A stretch of 64,000 nt of DNA, taken from a virus. Taxonomy: Duplodnaviria; Caudoviricetes. The notes under the pieces are model-generated. The model worked only from the letters and a program-made list of their open reading frames with translations. It was not told where the DNA came from and did not search any database. Positions 17,640-26,898 of the stretch are shown piece by piece (the stretch's first letter is position 1; each line of letters starts with the position of its first letter). The DNA is taken from IMG/VR virus record IMGVR_UViG_3300020047_016550, positions 1 through 64,000 of that record; one strand, given 5' to 3'. Made by a program: the position numbers and the translations under genes.

Positions 17640-18008
17640 ATGAAAAAGAAACACGTAAAAAGAATTGTTGAAAGAATAGATCTCAATCTTTTTGGACAAG
17701 AATTTGAAATTTTAGTAAGAAAAGACCGTAAATACGGAAAACGGGTATTTATCCAGATTCAATATGAGGACGAATGCCGTAGTACACGTGAAGTTTTACT
17801 TTTAAAAGGCCGTAAATGGTATCTTTCTGAATTTATGACCGAAGACGAAATCGTAAAAACATGTTACGCTGCATTTGAAGCATGCGTAAAACATGAAATA
17901 ATGGAAGGTTTTTGTGTTGACGGCCAGATTCTTTTTAATCCGCATGTTAATTTTGAGGAATTGTTGAAAATAAGTTCAAAAGAAATAAAAAGAGAGCCCC
18001 ATGGATAA
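17640..18008 (+). CDS. Conserved phage hypothetical (GRKW...HE...F...G...PH family)
   Basis: GRKWYLSEFMTEDEIVKT...KHEIMEGF..DGQILFNPH, recalled from other phages; function unknown. Confidence 0.65.
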   Translation: MKKKHVKRIVERIDLNLFGQEFEILVRKDRKYGKRVFIQIQYEDECRSTREVLLLKGRKWYLSEFMTEDEIVKTCYAAFEACVKHEIMEGFCVDGQILFNPHVNFEELLKISSKEIKREPHG

Positions 18009-18225
18009 AAACCTTAAAACTTTCGTTTACGATAAAAACGGATATTATCCCAGGATCGCAAAGAAGTCAGCTCCGGTCCAAAGCTGGGATTTAATGGTTG
18101 ACGGAAAACGGTATCCGGGTGCAACGGCTTGTCCTTATTCGGTATGCCAGGCAAAAAAGAAGGAACTCAAAATGAAAAAAGCTTTCAAAGATTCCGTTTT
18201 CAAGATTGTTCCTCACAAAAAATAG
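18001..18225 (+). CDS. Small hypothetical protein
   Basis: 74 aa overlapping the previous stop. Confidence 0.55.
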   Translation: MDKNLKTFVYDKNGYYPRIAKKSAPVQSWDLMVDGKRYPGATACPYSVCQAKKKELKMKKAFKDSVFKIVPHKK

Positions 18226-18292
18226 AAAACCGTCCGCGGTTTTTTATTTTATTTTGATATATTTGAATCGTTAAACCAATACACGACAAGCA

Positions 18293-18655
18293 ATGAAAAA
18301 ACAAATTGCATTTCTGGCCCTGGTTGCGTTATGCTCCTCAGTGTCATTGCCGGTGATGGCAGAAAATGACGTGGGTATTGAAAAACAGGAATCGGTGAAA
18401 GAATTCCGCTTTGAAATCGCTACGGTTTCAGAATTTGAGCTTTCACCCGTCCTCGTTTTGCAAAACCCCGAAAAAGAAAGCTTTTACGCTTTTGTAAAAA
18501 GTCCGGCAGTGAATCCCGGCTACGTAAAATTTGACATTACAAAACAGTATGTGTCAACCCGAATACGCAATAACGGCGTGTTTGGTTTAATAATTACGTA
18601 CAATTCAAAACTGCCTAAAAAAAACAAAGGAAAACCTGTTATCCGGTTTTTGTAG
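18293..18655 (+). CDS. Exported protein with signal peptide
   Basis: MKKQIAFLALVALCSSVSLPVMA signal. TATATTTG box at 18258-18265. Confidence 0.6.
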   Translation: MKKQIAFLALVALCSSVSLPVMAENDVGIEKQESVKEFRFEIATVSEFELSPVLVLQNPEKESFYAFVKSPAVNPGYVKFDITKQYVSTRIRNNGVFGLIITYNSKLPKKNKGKPVIRFL

Positions 18656-18734
18656 TTAGGGAATAAGGCATTTTAACATTACAGAAAAATCCTCCGTTAA
18701 CCGGGGGATTTTTTTTGTTTATAAAATCAAATCA

Positions 18735-19334
18735 ATGAATACACTTATTTTTGACGTAGAAACAACCGGCCTTCCGGTTTCATGGAATGCCCCGGTTACA
18801 AATGTCGGGAACTGGCCCAGGGTAATACAGATTGCCTGGCAGGTTTATGATCCGGAAGAAAACCTGATAAAAGAAAAAGAATACCTTATCAAACCCGACG
18901 GATGGGTAATACCAAAAGAAAAATTTTGGATTGACAACGGTTTCTCGACGGAAAAAAACATGGCTGAAGGAATTCCGATTTTGGAAGCGCTGCATGATTT
19001 TGTAAAAGATCTTCAGGACTGTTCGGTAATCGTTTCACACAACATGCAGTTTGATTATTCTTGTGTGGGAGCCGAAATGGTCCGCAAAAACCTGAAATCG
19101 GAAAACAAACCCAAAAAAATCTGTACAAAAGTTTCGGGTACCGATTATTGTAAAATTCCTTCATTAAATCCAAGGTTTAATGATTTTAAATGGCCCAATC
19201 TACAAGAGCTCCATTTCAAACTTTTTGGAAAAGATTTTGACGGAGGTTCACATGACGCGCTTGAAGACGTGAAATGTTGTGCAAAATGCTATTTTGCCAT
19301 GAAAAAAATTGAAGGTATATTCGAAGACTTTTAA
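18735..19334 (+). CDS. DEDDh 3'-5' exonuclease (DnaQ-like)
   Basis: FDVETTG, HNMQFD and HDALEDV motifs. Confidence 0.9.
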   Translation: MNTLIFDVETTGLPVSWNAPVTNVGNWPRVIQIAWQVYDPEENLIKEKEYLIKPDGWVIPKEKFWIDNGFSTEKNMAEGIPILEALHDFVKDLQDCSVIVSHNMQFDYSCVGAEMVRKNLKSENKPKKICTKVSGTDYCKIPSLNPRFNDFKWPNLQELHFKLFGKDFDGGSHDALEDVKCCAKCYFAMKKIEGIFEDF

Positions 19335-19416
19335 GCTGCGGAGATTTCTCCGGTTTTTCCATAGATAAAATCCCGTTCGCGGGATTTTATTTTTTATCAC
19401 ATTTAATCAAATTCTT

Positions 19417-19647
19417 ATGGAAAAAGAAAGAGAAATCTGGGAACGCCAGAAAAAGCGTTATCCCAAAAACATTATTTTCATCAACAACGGGAAAAAAGTT
19501 GTTACGTTTGGCCGGGATGCGGAAACCGTATCGAATGAACCGGGAACATCAATATTTGAATTTCCGAAAAATGCATGCAGGGCTACCGATGCATTTATCG
19601 CAAAACTGAAAGGAAAAATATTCCTGGCCAAATGTTCCGTTGTATGA
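19417..19647 (+). CDS. Stand-alone MutS domain I-like protein
   Basis: KKRYPKNIIFINNGKKVVTFGRDAETVS resembles the MutS-I pattern K..YPD.IL.FR.GDFYE.FG.DA..AS. Confidence 0.55.
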   Translation: MEKEREIWERQKKRYPKNIIFINNGKKVVTFGRDAETVSNEPGTSIFEFPKNACRATDAFIAKLKGKIFLAKCSVV

Positions 19648-19686
19648 CAAAATGCCCTACGGGGCTTTTTGTTTTTTCTAAAAAAA

Positions 19687-20163
19687 ATGAAAAACAGCGC
19701 AGAATACACCAATCCGGCCATAGTAGCCGAAATAGAGGTAGTTTACCGTTCAATGGTGAAAGCATCCGAAAGAAAACAGATAAAAAGCAGTTCAGACGCT
19801 GCCAAAATATTCCGTGAAGCATACCCGGACGGCCAAATTGAATACAGAGAATTATTTTATGCAATGTATTTAAGTAAAGCCAATAAAGTATTGGCAATAC
19901 AAAAAATAAGTGAAGGAGGTACTGCTTCAACTGTTGTTGACGTTAAAATGATAATGCAGAGTGCCCTTAAAACAAATTCACATAGAATAATTCTATGTCA
20001 TAATCATCCAAGCGGAGCTTTAAAACCAAGTGAAATGGACATAAAACTGACTAAAAAATTAATTCAAGCCGGTGTTATTTTAGAAATTGAAATAACGGAT
20101 CATATAATATTAACAGAAGAAGATTATTATTCTTTTGCTGATAACGGAATAATGAATGCATAA
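19687..20163 (+). CDS. radC: RadC-like JAB/MPN protein
   Basis: YRELFYAMYL, ISEGG, HNHPSG, PSEMD, DHIIL. JAB domain only. Confidence 0.92.
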   Translation: MKNSAEYTNPAIVAEIEVVYRSMVKASERKQIKSSSDAAKIFREAYPDGQIEYRELFYAMYLSKANKVLAIQKISEGGTASTVVDVKMIMQSALKTNSHRIILCHNHPSGALKPSEMDIKLTKKLIQAGVILEIEITDHIILTEEDYYSFADNGIMNA

Positions 20164-20196
20164 AAAATCCTTCGCGGATTTTTTTTTCTTTTAAAA

Positions 20197-20463
20197 ATGA
20201 TTGGAGTAATAAACGATGAAGCATATTTCCACAATGAATTTGTGGGAAAACTTTCAGAAGGAAAATGGAAAGCCGTAAAAGGAAAAGAAAAAGAAATGAT
20301 CCGTGCAATTAAAAAAGGCTATCTGCCGGTAAAGGAAAAAGGGTTTTATGTTGAACGCATTCTGAACGATGCAGTGATGTTGGTTTTTTCCATTTTTCCG
20401 CTGGTTGGGATGATTTTATATTATCTCTACCAGATTGCATTGGAAAATGAGAAAATGCCGTAG
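20197..20463 (+). CDS. Small protein with C-terminal TM helix
   Basis: 88 aa, hydrophobic C-terminus. Confidence 0.55.
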   Translation: MIGVINDEAYFHNEFVGKLSEGKWKAVKGKEKEMIRAIKKGYLPVKEKGFYVERILNDAVMLVFSIFPLVGMILYYLYQIALENEKMP

Positions 20464-20488
20464 GGCATTTTCTTTTTCATTAAACATC

Positions 20489-20794
20489 ATGACAGAATAC
20501 AATTACTCAAAGCTTATCGTAATAAGCCTGAAAGACAGAAAAACCGGCGAAGAATCACACAGCCTGATTGAATATTCTCTGTACGGAAAAAACAATGATT
20601 ACGCCGTTTCGGTTTATGTAAGCACAAAAAATCCCGGAGAATACATTACATGCGTAAATCATGAGATTCCTTACCAATTTGTTCCGGGAACCGTTGAGTT
20701 CATAACTTTGGAAGATAAAACAAGAAAATATATCCAGAGTGCAAAACGAATTTTGATAAACCATTCAAAAAAGAAAATCTTCATTGAAATTTAA
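20489..20794 (+). CDS. Hypothetical protein
   Basis: Start after cassette. Confidence 0.6.
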   Translation: MTEYNYSKLIVISLKDRKTGEESHSLIEYSLYGKNNDYAVSVYVSTKNPGEYITCVNHEIPYQFVPGTVEFITLEDKTRKYIQSAKRILINHSKKKIFIEI

Positions 20795-20824
20795 AAGCCC
20801 GTGGGCTTTTATTTTTTTTTAAAC

Positions 20825-21238
20825 ATGAAAACTCAAATCAAATTACAAGGCCAAGAAATTAATATCTCGGCAAAACTTACCGCAAAATCTGTATATTTTC
20901 CAAACTCGGATTCAAAAACAAAGCACAACCAGTACAGTATTTCCATTTCAAATGGTTCAGAAAATGTATCATTTAACTTTTATGATTCACAAGCCAATTT
21001 GAGCAAAACAGAGTTAAACGCAAACGGTTTGAAATATGCCCTTTATTGCTGTCTGACTGATTCTAACTATGCAGATTCAAATTTTGAAGATTTTTGCTCA
21101 TCACTTGGATATGATGCAGATAACAAATACCCCAAACGAATTTACTCGATTTGTAAAAAAGCAAATGAAAAGATGAATTTGATATTTTCAGACATTTATG
21201 AGGCTATGGAAGAATTAAGAGAAATTTTAGGCGAATAA
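20825..21238 (+). CDS. Conserved phage hypothetical protein
   Basis: ALYCCLTD...FEDFCSSLGYDAD motif recalled from early phage proteins. Confidence 0.6.
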   Translation: MKTQIKLQGQEINISAKLTAKSVYFPNSDSKTKHNQYSISISNGSENVSFNFYDSQANLSKTELNANGLKYALYCCLTDSNYADSNFEDFCSSLGYDADNKYPKRIYSICKKANEKMNLIFSDIYEAMEELREILGE

Positions 21239-21288
21239 TAGGGTGAGGCAACCTCAGTCAACATGTTTAATCTTTAATAATTAGTAAA

Positions 21289-21498
21289 ATGTCACAACAC
21301 GAACAAATAAACGCAATACACGAAAGCCTGATAAACGGACAAGGCAGACAGGCAGTTAAACAGATGCAGGATTATAGTATGTATGATTTTTTTGCCGACT
21401 ATAGTACATACTTAAGAGCTATTTATGACGATGCAGAGAAGCGAGAGTCTTACTTACTTGCTGCCGCTAACTACTATTTCAGAATAACCAACAGATAA
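21289..21498 (+). CDS. Small hypothetical protein
   Basis: 69 aa beginning QINAIHESLINGQ..QA. Confidence 0.55.
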   Translation: MSQHEQINAIHESLINGQGRQAVKQMQDYSMYDFFADYSTYLRAIYDDAEKRESYLLAAANYYFRITNR

Positions 21499-21604
21499 TA
21501 CCACCAACCCCGGACCGATTGACGGCAAAATAACAGTAAATTAAAAGTGCTTTTCAATCTTTCAAATGAAAGCCCCGTTCGCGGGGTTTTCTTTTTTCAT
21601 AAAC

Positions 21605-22606
21605 ATGGAAAAATTAGAAACAATTGAAATTACAGAAAAGAAAAATGTATTTTTCAGTAAATACGCCGGAAAGTTTGACACTCCAAAAAAAATAAACAGA
21701 AGTTCCAAAAGTATACCGGAAAACTTCATTGATAAAATAGAAAATGGAGAATGTAACAGCGCAGATATTGAAATGCTACAAAATATCGTGCCAGTTTATA
21801 CTTACAAAACCTGTTTAACAATACACGGAAACTTTCCTGACATAAACAGAACAAGAATAGGTGTCTATAAAAACATCATTCAAAACCAAAACGGAAGTCT
21901 TGAAATACGATGGAGTGCAATTGACAACCACAAAAAAAAGCAAATAAAGGAATATATACGCCCCTATTCAGGTTACAATGTCCAAGAAAACAGCACATCC
22001 GGAATATATTTTGAAAAAAATGTAGTAACAAGCAACAAGGCAGAAGCTTATAAAGTACTTGCAGAAATGAAAGCAGAAGCCGAAAATATGAACATACCAG
22101 GAATGATGGCAAAATTCTATGTAATGGGATATTCATATTGGGGCAGATACTATATAACACTTACAATTTTACCGTTTAAAATACACGGAGATCCTTTGGA
22201 AATAGCAGCAACAATAGTAGGAGTAAACAGTAATGAAATGCTTGAAACTTACAATGCAAGAAAAGCAGAACAAGAACGGAAAGACAAAGAACACAAAGAA
22301 CAAATTGACCGAATAAACAATATAGTAGAAGAACAAATGCAAAAAGCATTAGAAGGAATAAAGCATCTCAGTAAAACCAAAATAGAACCGGTGCCCGGAT
22401 CCGTTTATATTGTACCTACAGTTTCCAATTCAAAAAAACCATGTTACCGTTTTTATAAAATAACAGAAAAAGGCAGTTTTGGTAGAGTGAAAGTTGAAAC
22501 ATACCTTGCTGAAAGTCCGGAAATTGACAATAGTAAGTTTACTCCATTAATGAAAGGTAAACAACTAAAAGTTTCTGAAATAACAACAAAGGAAGTTTAT
22601 AAATAA
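21605..22606 (+). CDS. Hypothetical protein, atypical A-rich composition
   Basis: Long ORF with cassette upstream, CG-poor core. Confidence 0.65.
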   Translation: MEKLETIEITEKKNVFFSKYAGKFDTPKKINRSSKSIPENFIDKIENGECNSADIEMLQNIVPVYTYKTCLTIHGNFPDINRTRIGVYKNIIQNQNGSLEIRWSAIDNHKKKQIKEYIRPYSGYNVQENSTSGIYFEKNVVTSNKAEAYKVLAEMKAEAENMNIPGMMAKFYVMGYSYWGRYYITLTILPFKIHGDPLEIAATIVGVNSNEMLETYNARKAEQERKDKEHKEQIDRINNIVEEQMQKALEGIKHLSKTKIEPVPGSVYIVPTVSNSKKPCYRFYKITEKGSFGRVKVETYLAESPEIDNSKFTPLMKGKQLKVSEITTKEVYK

Positions 22607-22647
22607 ATATAAAACCCCCGTTCGCGGGGTTTTATATTTTCTTAAAC

Positions 22648-22917
22648 ATGAAAAAAACTTATGACGTACTTTCTCCCGACGGTTTTCCCATTAACCCTGA
22701 AATGGATTATCCAAACATTAAAACCGCAATCAAAGAAACCAAAAAATTTGCCAAACGGTATATCGGTCAGGGATATTACTCTTCAAACAAGGGACGTATT
22801 CCCATTGATTACATACCAAGCGAATGTACCCTTGTTGAAAAAGACGTAAACGGCAAACAAGTTTCTATTCCTTTGTGCGATTATTTACCCGGACGTTTTA
22901 ACCAACCTTATTTCTAA
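22648..22917 (+). CDS. Small hypothetical protein
   Basis: 89 aa with cassette upstream. Confidence 0.6.
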   Translation: MKKTYDVLSPDGFPINPEMDYPNIKTAIKETKKFAKRYIGQGYYSSNKGRIPIDYIPSECTLVEKDVNGKQVSIPLCDYLPGRFNQPYF

Positions 22918-23513
22918 TGTATACGGAACTTACACAACATGTCAGGTATATGCCTGAAAGCAGTAGAAAACCATATTTTATTGCAAAAAATCAGGAAAAT
23001 TTTATTAAACTTGTTCCCGTATTCAAATCTGAAGAGAAATTTGACTTTGAAGAGTTTATTACTCCAAGACGGGTATTTTGGGCAGATAATGAAGAACTGG
23101 AAAATGTGGAAAAATTTTTTGAAAACGTAAATGCTGTCATACAATCACATCATCAAAGCATATTTTTGATTAAAAAAATGGCACTTGAAAAACTTATCCA
23201 AGAATCAGAAAAACAGGCCGCGGCCTTTTTTCTTTTAAAAAACAGAAAAATGAAAATAAAAAAAATCAGGCTGGAAAAAGCCTTAATCACGCCGCAACAA
23301 AAGATTTCCGTTTCAATGGAAGCTGAAATCGAACCGGGAGAAAATCACGGGGAATGTCTTTTAGAACTGGAACAAAAGATTAATGAGGCAATCGGAACCG
23401 AAGGAACCCTCGAACTTTATCCTTCCGGTGTTTCAAAAGTTACAAAGCCCCAAAAAGCAGAACCGGAAGAAACTCCCGTAATCGAAAACAACGAAGAAAA
23501 CGACGATTTTTAA
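22917..23513 (+). CDS. Hypothetical, probably two genes in one frame (second start 23250)
   Basis: Internal hairpin/U-tract cassette at 23211-23236 followed by in-frame ATG MKIKKIR. Confidence 0.5.
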   Translation: MYTELTQHVRYMPESSRKPYFIAKNQENFIKLVPVFKSEEKFDFEEFITPRRVFWADNEELENVEKFFENVNAVIQSHHQSIFLIKKMALEKLIQESEKQAAAFFLLKNRKMKIKKIRLEKALITPQQKISVSMEAEIEPGENHGECLLELEQKINEAIGTEGTLELYPSGVSKVTKPQKAEPEETPVIENNEENDDF

Positions 23514-23532
23514 CAAACAAATACCAATTAAA

Positions 23533-24066
23533 ATGCTGGAAGCAATATTAAACGCATTGGGTGAAGGAAAAGACATCCAACTGAATTTCAAAAACAACAT
23601 GGTAATCATCGCCATGAAAGAAAATGATGAAGAAACATTTAATTCTCCCGTTATCGTAAAGAAACTGGATGAAAGTGTTATCGCTTCAACAATCGTGCAG
23701 TATGCAAAAATTCTTTCCACTGTTGAAGAACCGGATGTTACGGGCCTTGAAAATGTAAAATCGGTGAAAAAAGAACCTAAAGCTGCCGGAAAAACAAAAG
23801 CAAAAGCAAACGCTGAAGAAAAACCGGCTGAAAAAGAATCAGCTGAGGAAAAACCAGCCGATCCAAAATCAATCCAGGGCCCAAATCCTGAGTTGTTCAA
23901 ATTGCCGAGCGAAGAACGTATTGAAAAATACAAATCAGAAAGTTCCACAGCATCACAGGCTTCTCCCGGAGATGAATTTCCCGAGCCCGTAAATGAGCCG
24001 GTAAAAGAAGAAACGGCATCGGCCACTGACGTAGCATCTTATTTAGACGAAGAGGAGGATTTTTAA
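23533..24066 (+). CDS. PRTRC system protein E-like
   Basis: Short N-terminal beta domain plus long acidic/Pro-rich tail, in the canonical position before protein C. Confidence 0.55.
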   Translation: MLEAILNALGEGKDIQLNFKNNMVIIAMKENDEETFNSPVIVKKLDESVIASTIVQYAKILSTVEEPDVTGLENVKSVKKEPKAAGKTKAKANAEEKPAEKESAEEKPADPKSIQGPNPELFKLPSEERIEKYKSESSTASQASPGDEFPEPVNEPVKEETASATDVASYLDEEEDF

Positions 24067-24285
24067 ATGAATGAAGCACAAGTAATGGTGAGAGAGTTCT
24101 TGGTAAAGAACGGCACCAAAGAAACCGTTTTCCCGGATCCGGGAATAAAATTCACCGTCAATGAAGTGAAAAAAATGGCATCTTCCGTTTATCCGCCTGT
24201 TTTAACTTCGTCAATAGAAGGTCCTGTTTATGAAGGTGAAAAAGCAAAATATACTTTTGTATGTGGAGCGAAGACCAAAGGTTAA
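24067..24285 (+). CDS. PRTRC system protein C (ubiquitin-like)
   Basis: FPDP...EVKKMASSVYPPVLTSSIEGP...YTF...KTKG matches the pattern LxDP..SxxEV...S..YPELxxAxxxGP...YxF....GxKG; C-terminal Gly. Confidence 0.8.
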   Translation: MNEAQVMVREFLVKNGTKETVFPDPGIKFTVNEVKKMASSVYPPVLTSSIEGPVYEGEKAKYTFVCGAKTKG

Positions 24286-24319
24286 AAACTGTCGAACTTA
24301 AAAACAAGTATCTTAAAAA

Positions 24320-25336
24320 ATGGGGAAAATCAAAAAAAGAGACAAAAACCATCGAACAAATGGAAAATCTCAAATTCGATTTCTACAAAAATTCAAAAAC
24401 GATACCTGTTCCCACGGAATGTTTGAATGTAAAACTGTAATAACCGATTTAAAGCCCAGATTAAAACCCTGGGCTTTTTTTACGGTTGATTATAACGAAA
24501 GCGGAAATTATGAAACACACTGGGAGCAAGTTTTTGAAAATTTTGTTGAAGCTTTTTCCGGATATAAAAAGTTTGACATTATCAGCGAAAGTAATCTGGA
24601 CAAAAATCCTGAAGAAATGATTGATTTGATGGGCCAGAAACTGAATTTGGTTTCTTATGTCCATTATACCGATTTTTACGGAATTGCCAGTTTTGTTGAA
24701 AATATTGAGCTTAAATGGGTAAAAGTTTCATTAATAAACAGTCTTCCCGAAAAAGAAAAGATTCTTTTTAAATGTTTGTGTTATCTGCTTTACCATGTCT
24801 TTGACAAAGGGAACGATTCAGTTTATATTGATGAACTTTCAGAAATCATTACCGAAACGGAACAGTATTCAAAAAATGAATTTACGGTTGAGTTGTTTTC
24901 GGGTCATTCGAGAAACAGAAAAAACAGTCTGGCTTTGACAAAAAATGAAAGAAAGGCAAAAGAAATATATTCTTTCATCGAAAATGCTTCAATACATGAA
25001 GTAATCCAGATACTTGAAGAACAGTCTTACTCAAACACAAGAAATCTGCTTTTAAAAGCCGCAAAATGTTATTCACATACTGACGGTTATTCAATCTGTT
25101 GTGTTTCTGATTTAGGCACAGGTGAAATATTTCCTGTCGATCCGGTTGTTTTTTCATGGGATTTTGATGATTCTGATTTAAATTATGGATACATAGTAAC
25201 GGTAATTCCGCTTCATGAAAATGTACCTTTTCAAAGTCCGAAATACAAAAAAATAGAAAAACTGATTTATTTATCATTAAAACTTTTGACCGAATATGAG
25301 CGCTTTGAAACTCACGAATGCGTTACTGGTGTTTAA
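24320..25336 (+). CDS. PRTRC-associated helical protein (protein F position)
   Basis: 338 aa between C and B. Assignment by synteny. Confidence 0.45.
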   Translation: MGKIKKRDKNHRTNGKSQIRFLQKFKNDTCSHGMFECKTVITDLKPRLKPWAFFTVDYNESGNYETHWEQVFENFVEAFSGYKKFDIISESNLDKNPEEMIDLMGQKLNLVSYVHYTDFYGIASFVENIELKWVKVSLINSLPEKEKILFKCLCYLLYHVFDKGNDSVYIDELSEIITETEQYSKNEFTVELFSGHSRNRKNSLALTKNERKAKEIYSFIENASIHEVIQILEEQSYSNTRNLLLKAAKCYSHTDGYSICCVSDLGTGEIFPVDPVVFSWDFDDSDLNYGYIVTVIPLHENVPFQSPKYKKIEKLIYLSLKLLTEYERFETHECVTGV

Positions 25337-25892
25337 AACCGGCGACAATCATAATTATTACGAGCTGGCCACTTACCGGCAAATTTCGGAAACTTCTTAT
25401 GAAGAAACTGAAAGAAAACCTGTTACCCCCGATTTAATCAGGAAGTTGAATCTTTTTACCATTCCCGAAAAAGAAAAGTTTTCACTGAAAGGAAAGCTAA
25501 ACCGAAACGTCATAAAAATGGATGTTTCAAACCAGGGATATGAAATAACGTGGGAGCCCAAAAACTACAGTTCAACCGTAATTGTGGTAGGAGAACATTT
25601 TCCCGTGAAATGGCCTAAAATCATTTTTAAGGCCAATGTTGACAAATTATGGGTTTACGTATTAAAACAGGGAAAACTTATGTCAAATCCTTTCCCCAAT
25701 GTTTCCGGAGGTTCCCAGATGTGTTTTGGCAATATTGATAAAAAAAACTCATTCAGTGATTTTGAAGACTTTTTTGAAACATTTGAAAGTTATTTTTTCA
25801 ATACTTCATTTACGGATTCAAACGAATTTCTGGAAAGTTGTATCAATTTAAAACCGAATTTAACATTACTGAAAAACCATGCATCTGATTAA
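25296..25892 (+). CDS. PRTRC system protein B / prokaryotic E2 family D
   Basis: WPKIIF, PFPNVSGGSQMCFGN, FFNTSFT motifs. Confidence 0.8.
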   Translation: MSALKLTNALLVFKTGDNHNYYELATYRQISETSYEETERKPVTPDLIRKLNLFTIPEKEKFSLKGKLNRNVIKMDVSNQGYEITWEPKNYSSTVIVVGEHFPVKWPKIIFKANVDKLWVYVLKQGKLMSNPFPNVSGGSQMCFGNIDKKNSFSDFEDFFETFESYFFNTSFTDSNEFLESCINLKPNLTLLKNHASD

Positions 25893-26613
25893 TCATTTTA
25901 TCCAAAAAGAAGGAAACCAGGATCCGGTAACAATTGCGGTAATAGGCGCCGGCGGAAACGGCTCACATTTTCTTTATTCACTGGCGGCATTACAGAATGT
26001 TCTTTACCAAATCCGGGGCCAGGAATTGGCCGTAATGGTATATGATGATGACCTGGTTGAAAAACACAATTGCGGAAGGCAGTTGTTTTTCGAACAGGAA
26101 ATAGGAATGTCAAAATCAAGAGCCATAATCCAGAGAATAAACAGAAGCTATGGCTATTCATGGGAATTTCGTGAACAAAAGATGAAATCGTGCCCATCGG
26201 CAAACATTGTCGTTACTTGTACCGATAACATTGCTTCGCGAAAAATCATAGAAAAAGCACGTTCCAAAACACATCAGCACAGATACCATAACCATTATTC
26301 CAATTTGTATTGGCTGGATATGGGTAATGACCGAAATTCAGGAAACGTGATTTTGTCAACTTTTGTAAAATCCGGTAATAATTCACTTAAAAGCGTATTT
26401 GAAATTTTCCCGGAATTGATGAAAAAAAAAGAAGACAATAAACCTTCATGCGGAATGCTGGAATCTTTAATGCAGCAAGATGTTTTTATCAATAAAATAA
26501 TTGCGACACTGGCCGCAAAAATGTTGAAAACGCTGTTTTTGGATTCTACAACAAACCACCATGGAATATTTGTTGACATAGAAAATCCTTCAATGACAGA
26601 AATACCCTGCTGA
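25879..26613 (+). CDS. PRTRC ThiF-family E1-like enzyme
   Basis: VIGAGGNGS, DDDLVEKHNCGRQLF, TCTDNIASR, YWLDMGND, PSCG and QDVFIN. Confidence 0.92.
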   Translation: MHLINHFIQKEGNQDPVTIAVIGAGGNGSHFLYSLAALQNVLYQIRGQELAVMVYDDDLVEKHNCGRQLFFEQEIGMSKSRAIIQRINRSYGYSWEFREQKMKSCPSANIVVTCTDNIASRKIIEKARSKTHQHRYHNHYSNLYWLDMGNDRNSGNVILSTFVKSGNNSLKSVFEIFPELMKKKEDNKPSCGMLESLMQQDVFINKIIATLAAKMLKTLFLDSTTNHHGIFVDIENPSMTEIPC

Positions 26614-26642
26614 CGCGGGGTTTTTCTTTTATGTAAAATTTT

Positions 26643-26837
26643 ATGGATGATATCAACTATGTGCCAAAAGAAATACTAAAATTGGCCAAAGACGTAATTT
26701 TGCTCGGGGAAAAAACAGAATTTCATTTAAACGGACATGAAATAACGGTAGAAGTGGGTGAAGAAGAAACAGTGTTTACCAAACTTATGAACTGGAGTAA
26801 AACCATTCCGAATTCGGAAATAATCAAAAAGGCTTAA
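26643..26837 (+). CDS. Small hypothetical protein
   Basis: 64 aa between two hairpins. Confidence 0.5.
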   Translation: MDDINYVPKEILKLAKDVILLGEKTEFHLNGHEITVEVGEEETVFTKLMNWSKTIPNSEIIKKA

Positions 26838-26850
26838 GGCCTTTTGTTTT

Positions 26851-26889
26851 TTTGAAAATATTAAAAAAACGTTGTATGTTTGTGCAACA
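26851..26889 (+). promoter_or_regulatory. Sigma-A-type promoter, -7 box inside the 18-bp palindrome
   Basis: TTTG(26851)-N20-TATGTTTG. Palindrome GTTGTATGTTTGTGCAAC at 26871-26888. Confidence 0.7.
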
Positions 26890-26898
26890 CAAAAGCGT

